From: Blastocladiella emersonii ATCC 22665
Lineage: Eukaryota; Fungi; Blastocladiomycota
Length of the DNA stretch: 64,000 nucleotides
Direction: 5' to 3'
NCBI GenBank assembly: GCA_025594325.1
Contig: JANHCV010000006.1
Location: 620,001-684,000, forward strand
Part shown: positions 58,838 to 64,000 of the stretch, piece by piece
How the letters are laid out: each line of letters begins with the position of its first letter
Position numbering within the stretch: position 1 is the stretch's first letter
Made by a program: the position numbers and the translations under genes
Notes under the pieces: model-generated
What the model saw: the letters and a program-made list of their open reading frames with translations, nothing else
The model's database searches: none
What the model was told of the DNA's origin: nothing

Positions 58838-60254
58838 ATGGCCGCGAACCGACTCGGCGGCGGGGCCTCCTCCTCCAAGGCCGCCGCGCTGCTCCTTCTT
58901 GCCCTTCTGGCGGCCCTGGCGGCCGTGACGTCGGTCGCTGCCCAGGGGACCACCTGTAACGCCGACCGCGACTGCGATGGGTCGTTTCTGAGTACGCCCC
59001 GCCACCCCCTCCGCGCTAGCGACCAAGCGCCTCACCGGTCCACCTCTCGTAGACTCGTTCAAGTGCGGTCGCAACGGCATCTGCGTGCCCGACACGTGCA
59101 TCGGGCTGCTGCCCAACAAGGGGTGCACGCAATTCGACAAGGGCCTGTTCTGCGACCTCGGCACCTGCAAGCCGCGCAAGAACGAGGGGTCCTCGTGCTC
59201 GGCGCTGTCGGCCGAGGACGAGTGCGCCGACGGCCTCAAGTGCCGCTCGGGCAAGTGTGCCGGTGCTACTACAACGACGACGTCGACCACGAGCACGAGC
59301 ACGCGTACGACGACCTCGTCGACGTCCACCTCGACCACCACCTCGACGCGGTCGACGACCACGACCTCGGCCACGCGCACGCGGTCCGCGACCACCACGT
59401 CGTCCGAGACCGTGACGGAGACGCCCACGGCGTCGCCGACCGCGACCGCGCTGCCCGCGTCCGACGACGACGCGAAACCGTTCCTCGCCAGCACGCTCGG
59501 GATCGTGCTCATGATCGGCGGCGGCGCGCTGCTTGTCGCCGCGATCGGCGGGTTCGCCCTCAACCGCGCGCGCCGGCGCGACGACGATAACGATTTCGGG
59601 CCCGTCTTCAAGCCGCCCGCGCCCTTCAACGCCAACGCGAACGCGAGCACGCCGCCCGCCGCGACCAACCGGCCGTACGCGGCGACCATCGAGGAGCACG
59701 TCAGCTACGTCACGGTCGGCCAGACCACGAGCGTCGAGCCGCCCGTCCCACAACAGGGGATGCAGATGATGCCGATGCAGCCGGCCGTCGTCACGGCGCC
59801 CGCCATCATGATGCAGCAACAGCAGCAGCAGCAGCAGCAGTACTACGCGACGGGTCCCGCCCCGCAGGCGGCGTGGGTGCCCCAGCAGCAAGCGCCGCAG
59901 CAGATGTACGACCCCAACACGGGCGCGCCCATCATGTTCGCCGCCGCCGACCCGAACACGGCGTCCATGTACGGCACGATGCCGGCGCCCGCGTATGGGT
60001 ACACGACTGGGGTGCCGCAGGCGACTGCCGCGTACCCTGCTGGCCAGGTGTACTACGTCGTCGACGGCGCTGGCGCTATGCCCCCGCAGCAGCAGCAGCA
60101 GCAGCAGTCGATGCAGAGTCCCGGCGCGGGCACCATGCCGCCGCTGCAGCAGATGTCCGTGAACACAGCCCCGCCGCTGGCCCCGGCGGCCGAGTTCGAT
60201 GCGGCGGCGGCGACCAAGGCCGCCACTGGGGTCCGCACGCTGCCCAAGGACTGA
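58838..60254 (+). CDS. Cys-rich ectodomain + Ser/Thr stalk + TM + P/Q/Y tail (cell-surface sensor-like; distant member E), 1 intron
   Basis: Signal peptide, TCNADRDC, GLFCDLGTCKPRKNEGSSC...ECADGLKCRSGKC, Thr-rich stalk, TM LGIVLMIGGGALLVAAIGGFAL, then RARRR. Confidence 0.8.
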
Positions 60255-60473
60255 TCCTCTCCCTTCCTGTACCTCTAACGCGCCTCTCTGACCCCCCCAT
60301 TTTGTGATAATATACACGCGCCATCTCCCTATCCATCACGTGTGGAGTGAAACGGAGCGACGTCGGAGTGCCAGCCGTCCCACGCCGGCGCGCGCGTGCT
60401 CTCCCTCCTCGCGACTGTGCCACCTTCGATCCACTCACTCCATAGCAAACTGCGCAACCACCCGCATCCTGCA

Positions 60474-61667
60474 ATGTATCACCGCGCATCGTCCGGCTAC
60501 GGCGCGCCGTCCGGCAGCCTGCGCGGCGGGCCCACCGCATCCGCTGCGTCCGCCGCGCCCCGCGACGAGAACGCCGCGTTCCCGCGCGCCGGTGCCGGTC
60601 CGAATACCGCGCACAAGCGGCTCGCTGGCGCGACGCAGATGGCGGGAAAGGCCATGGGAACGCCCGGGACGCCGTCGAGTATGCATACATGCATTCATCG
60701 AAGAAGGAGGATTGCGGACTGACTTGTGCGCGCGGGTGTAGTTCGACCGGGAGGCACCACGATCCGCAAGCCGTACGTCCTCGGCGGTGGTGGGGACGAG
60801 AACGCGAGCGTGACGCCGAGCAAGTCGACGACCGCGTCCAAGACGCCCGCCGCCGCCGCGGGACCGCGGCCCGTCACGCTCGCTGGCCGGACACCCGCGC
60901 CCCCGAGCAGCAACAACCTGAACCCCGTCCGCCGCCTGTTCCCGACCGCGACCCCCCAACAACAGCAGCAGCAGCAGGCGGCCCGCGCGACGCCCGCGGT
61001 CCCCGTGTTCCGTCTCGGGACGCAGCAGCGGAGCATGCCCGCGCCGGTGTCGGCGCCGTCGCACTCGCGGTCCCCGGCTCCCGCGCCTGTGGCTGACGAT
61101 AACGACGATGACTGGATCCTGCCCAAGTCGGTCGCGGACATGTACCCGGGCCGGCCGCTCGACGACCTGCTGCGCCACGACGACGAGGAGATCGAGTACT
61201 GCCCGACGTCGCGGCCGGGGTACGACGAGGAGCAGGTCGATGCGTGTACGCCCTTTCCTCCCTCTCACTTCAACCTCCGCACTCACACCGATTCCCACAT
61301 AGCCGCGGAACCCCTCTTCTTCGACCCGACGCTGCTCGAGTTCCCACCGCCCGAGACGTACGACTTCATCCCGTTCCCGCCGCTGTCGCTCGACGACGTG
61401 GACGTGGACGATTTCGGGTCGCCGCCGCCTTCTTCCTCGCCGCACTCGAGCCGCGAGGGGTCGCCGAACCTCGACCACATCCTCCCCTCGTCGGTGGCGC
61501 GCCGCGGCCCGCTCAAGGCGCGCGACGTCGTCGACCTCGACTTTGACCGCACCGCGCTGAGTCTCCAGGAGGAGAGCGACGGCGAGGAGACGGCGCGCGC
61601 GTTCCAGCAGGCCGCCGAGGCCGCGCACGCGCTGCTGTTCTTCAGCGACGACGAGGAGGAGTTTTGA
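60474..61667 (+). CDS. Disordered protein, securin (Pds1/Cut2/PTTG)-like, 2 introns
   Basis: Basic low-complexity N-terminus with two DEN motifs, acidic C-terminus with EEIEYCP (securins have E.EY.P). The assignment rests on short motifs only. Confidence 0.45.
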
Positions 61668-61701
61668 GCGTGTCTGCAACTGTTAATCTATTCCGTTCTT
61701 T

Positions 61702-62905
61702 CTACTCCTTGGCCGTACTCACCCCCGCGCCCTCGAACGTGGCCATCTGGCTGGCCACAAACGCGGCGCTGCGGAGGAGCGGGATCACGAGCGCGGCGCC
61801 GGACCCCTCGCCGAGCCGCATCCCCCACTCGCCGACGGGGACGACCCACTCCTTGACTTCCTCGGGATCCGCGCCGCGCGCGACCGCCGCCTCCGCCATC
61901 GCCGAAAGCACCCCGCGCGCCGCCTTCTCGGCGCTCAGGTGCGACACGAGCGTCGTGCGCACGATCGCCGGCGCGTCGGCGGGGAACAGCAGGAGCGCGT
62001 ACAGCGCCGCGACGAGCGTGATGAACCCGTCGAGGACCACGAGCGGGCCGCCCGCGACCGCCGCCTCGTGCACGACCGTCGCCATGGCCGTGATCTCGAG
62101 GTCGCCCGCGCACCGGAGGACTTCGGCCCACTTGGCGGCGGCCGCGGGGCTCGCGTCGAGCGGGGTCGCCGGGATCACGCTGCGCCACGCGGCGAGGACG
62201 CGGTCGACCAGCGCGCACTTGGCCGCGTACCGCTCCCCCGAGACGCCCGTGCCCGCGCCCGTGACGTCGGCCGCGGATTTACCGGTGGCGGCGCCGAGGA
62301 GGGTGGACGCGACGGCCGTGTTCCCGATGCCCAGCTCGCCGATCCCCAGCACGTCGACGGCGTCGCCGCGCGCGGCCTGCAGCGCCTTGCGGCCGTGCGA
62401 CATGGCGAAGCTGAAGGTCACGGGCTCCATGGCGGGGGCCGTGTCCGGGCACGCAGTGCCGTGCGGGAGGAGGCGGAAGTGGTCCACGGTCGCGTAGCTC
62501 AGCGGCGAGTCGACGCCCAGGTCCATGACTTTGAGGTCGATGCCGTGCGCGCGGCACAGGCAGCTACAGCGAAGGCGACGTGTTAAACACAGGGAACATG
62601 TCACCAAGCAGCGTAACGTACTTGATCGCAGCCCCGCCCTCCGCGACATTGCGCAGCATCTCCCGCGTCACGGCGCGCGGGTACTGGGACGTCTCGTCGC
62701 CGAGCCCGTTGTCGGCGGCGAACAGCAGCATGCGCGGGCGGTCGACGTGCGGCGCCACCGTCCCCTGCACCACCATCAGCTTGCTCGCCCACGCCTCGAG
62801 CGCGCCCAGCGACCCCGGCGGCTTGGTCTTGCGCAGCAGGTGGTCGGCGGCGGTCGCGCGGGTCACGGTGGGCGGAGGAGGGGTCATGGATGAAGAAGGT
62901 TGCAT
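61702..62905 (-). CDS. cobT: Nicotinate-nucleotide-dimethylbenzimidazole phosphoribosyltransferase (CobT), 1 intron
   Basis: KTKPPGSLGALE, LFAADNG, GGAAI|NCLC, GELGIGNT, GAGTG, VVLDGFI, SHLSAE, MRLGEGSGA (catalytic Glu present), MATFEGAGVS. Confidence 0.93.
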
Positions 62906-63132
62906 TGGGAGTGTGTGCGAAGGGGAAGAGAGAGAGGAAGCGGCGGGGGGCGAAGCGAGGCGGATCGGGTGCACTCCCTCGTTCCGAAAGAGTCGCCACG
63001 TGGCGTGAACCCCAACGCGCCGCTGACGCGTCTCGCACCCGGCTGCTGTGCCACCATGGCCACCGTGGGGCACATCAACACGGCAAAAGGTAGGTTCGGA
63101 TATATATGAAATCAGTCATCATGCAAACACCC

Positions 63133-64000
63133 TCATGTCTTCTTGAACGGCGAGTTGAACAGGCCCAGCAGCCGCGTGACGTGCCCCGGCTTGACCCCCA
63201 CCTCGCGCGAGCTGTCGCCGCTCCCGCTCCCGCTGCTCCCGCTGCTCCGGAGCGACCCGTTCGAACCCTTGGACGAGGTCGAGCTGAGCTCGGACGGGTG
63301 CATCGGGAACGGCCGCGGCGGGCCCGTGCTTGTCGACGGCGTGGAGGGTGAAGAGGAAGCGGCGGCCGACGAGTCCTTGTTGTTCGCCCGCGCAATCTTC
63401 TTGACGTCCTTGCGCTGCGACGTGCCCTTGGACGGCGACGGCGAGGGCGACGGGACCGACTCGACGGCGGACACCGCGCCAGCCCCCGCGGCCGCCGTCG
63501 TCGAAATTGCACTCGGCAGCACAGGTACCGGCGCGCGCAATGGGACCGCGGGATCGGGCGCCACCGCCGAGGATGACAGCGGAGGCACGGGATCGAGCAG
63601 CGACGCGGGCGGCGGCGTTGTCGTCCCCGTCCGGGTGCGTGCCGCTGCGGCCCCAGCGTCGCCCGTCGTCGCCGTCGTGTCGACCACCGTCTTCTTGTCG
63701 AGGCGGTACGGGCTCGGCGGCTTCGGCGGCGGGAGCGTGCTGCTCGTTCGACGCGGGCTGTCGGGCAGCAGCGACGCGCGGGAGGGTGGGGTCGAGGGGA
63801 GAAGAGTGACAGGGTCGATGGGTGCTGGAGCGGATGCCGTGGGGATCGGAACGGCGGCGGGTGTTGGTGTAGGGGCGCATTCTGGTGGCGGAGACGGGAC
63901 GGCGACGGGGACGGCGGCAAAGCACGCGGCAGCGGGAGGTAGAGAGGCGGCGGCGGCGTCGGATCGTGGTGGAGGCGACGCCGTGGCGGGCGCAGGAGCG
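63133..64000 (-). CDS. 3' end of a Pro/Ser/Ala-rich protein whose start lies beyond the window
   Basis: The frame of ORF 63133-63687 stays open to position 64000 and ends GHVTRLLGLFNSPFKKT*. An AT-rich 3' region follows. Confidence 0.55.
   Translation of the reverse strand, partial: APAPATASPPPRSDAAAASLPPAAACFAAVPVAVPSPPPECAPTPTPAAVPIPTASAPAPIDPVTLLPSTPPSRASLLPDSPRRTSSTLPPPKPPSPYRLDKKTVVDTTATTGDAGAAAARTRTGTTTPPPASLLDPVPPLSSSAVAPDPAVPLRAPVPVLPSAISTTAAAGAGAVSAVESVPSPSPSPSKGTSQRKDVKKIARANNKDSSAAASSSPSTPSTSTGPPRPFPMHPSELSSTSSKGSNGSLRSSGSSGSGSGDSSREVGVKPGHVTRLLGLFNSPFKKT

Noticed and set aside
1-64000. Global reassignment of TAA/TAG to an amino acid (as in Amoeboaphelidium or ciliates)
   Set aside because: CobT (TAG 61702), the CE4 deacetylase (TAG 4895, right after the GPI-type tail) and receptors A (TAA) and D (TAG) end at TAA/TAG exactly where the protein should end.

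Overview
Eukaryotic nuclear DNA with high GC and short (about 50-76 nt) GT-AG introns (GTACGC/GTATGC/GTGCGT donors, CTGAC/CTAAC-type branch sites). The gene content (CE4 deacetylase, an intron-containing cobT, 'VLxWW..SG' ankyrin-like repeats) suggests an early-diverging zoosporic fungus, probably Blastocladiomycota-like; this is inference. Conserved housekeeping genes (G-patch/ZnF, SUS1/ENY2, APC5-like, DDX42, prefoldin 1, M14 carboxypeptidase, metallophosphoesterase, securin-like, CobT) alternate with accessory blocks. Five observations stand out. (1) A head-to-head pair, a RavA/MoxR-type AAA+ gene and a ~3,700-codon gene with ~22 TRAF-type zinc fingers, ends in the same ILEI/PANDER-like domain. 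(2) Single in-frame stop codons sit inside otherwise intact reading frames: the giant gene, both ycf45-like ATPase paralogs and an LRR gene. (3) The two ycf45 paralogs have diverged N-termini but an apparently identical ~1.28-kb tract. (4) A 3,612-bp gene-bearing segment is inserted in intron 1 of one member of a Cys-rich receptor family and carries a Tyr/Gly/Asp/Ser repeat gene. (5) A DUF707 gene is split by an inverted, internally deleted copy of the neighbouring RavA-like gene. I recognised no rRNA, tRNA, CRISPR array or transposase. All family assignments come from motif recognition by eye, not from database searches.
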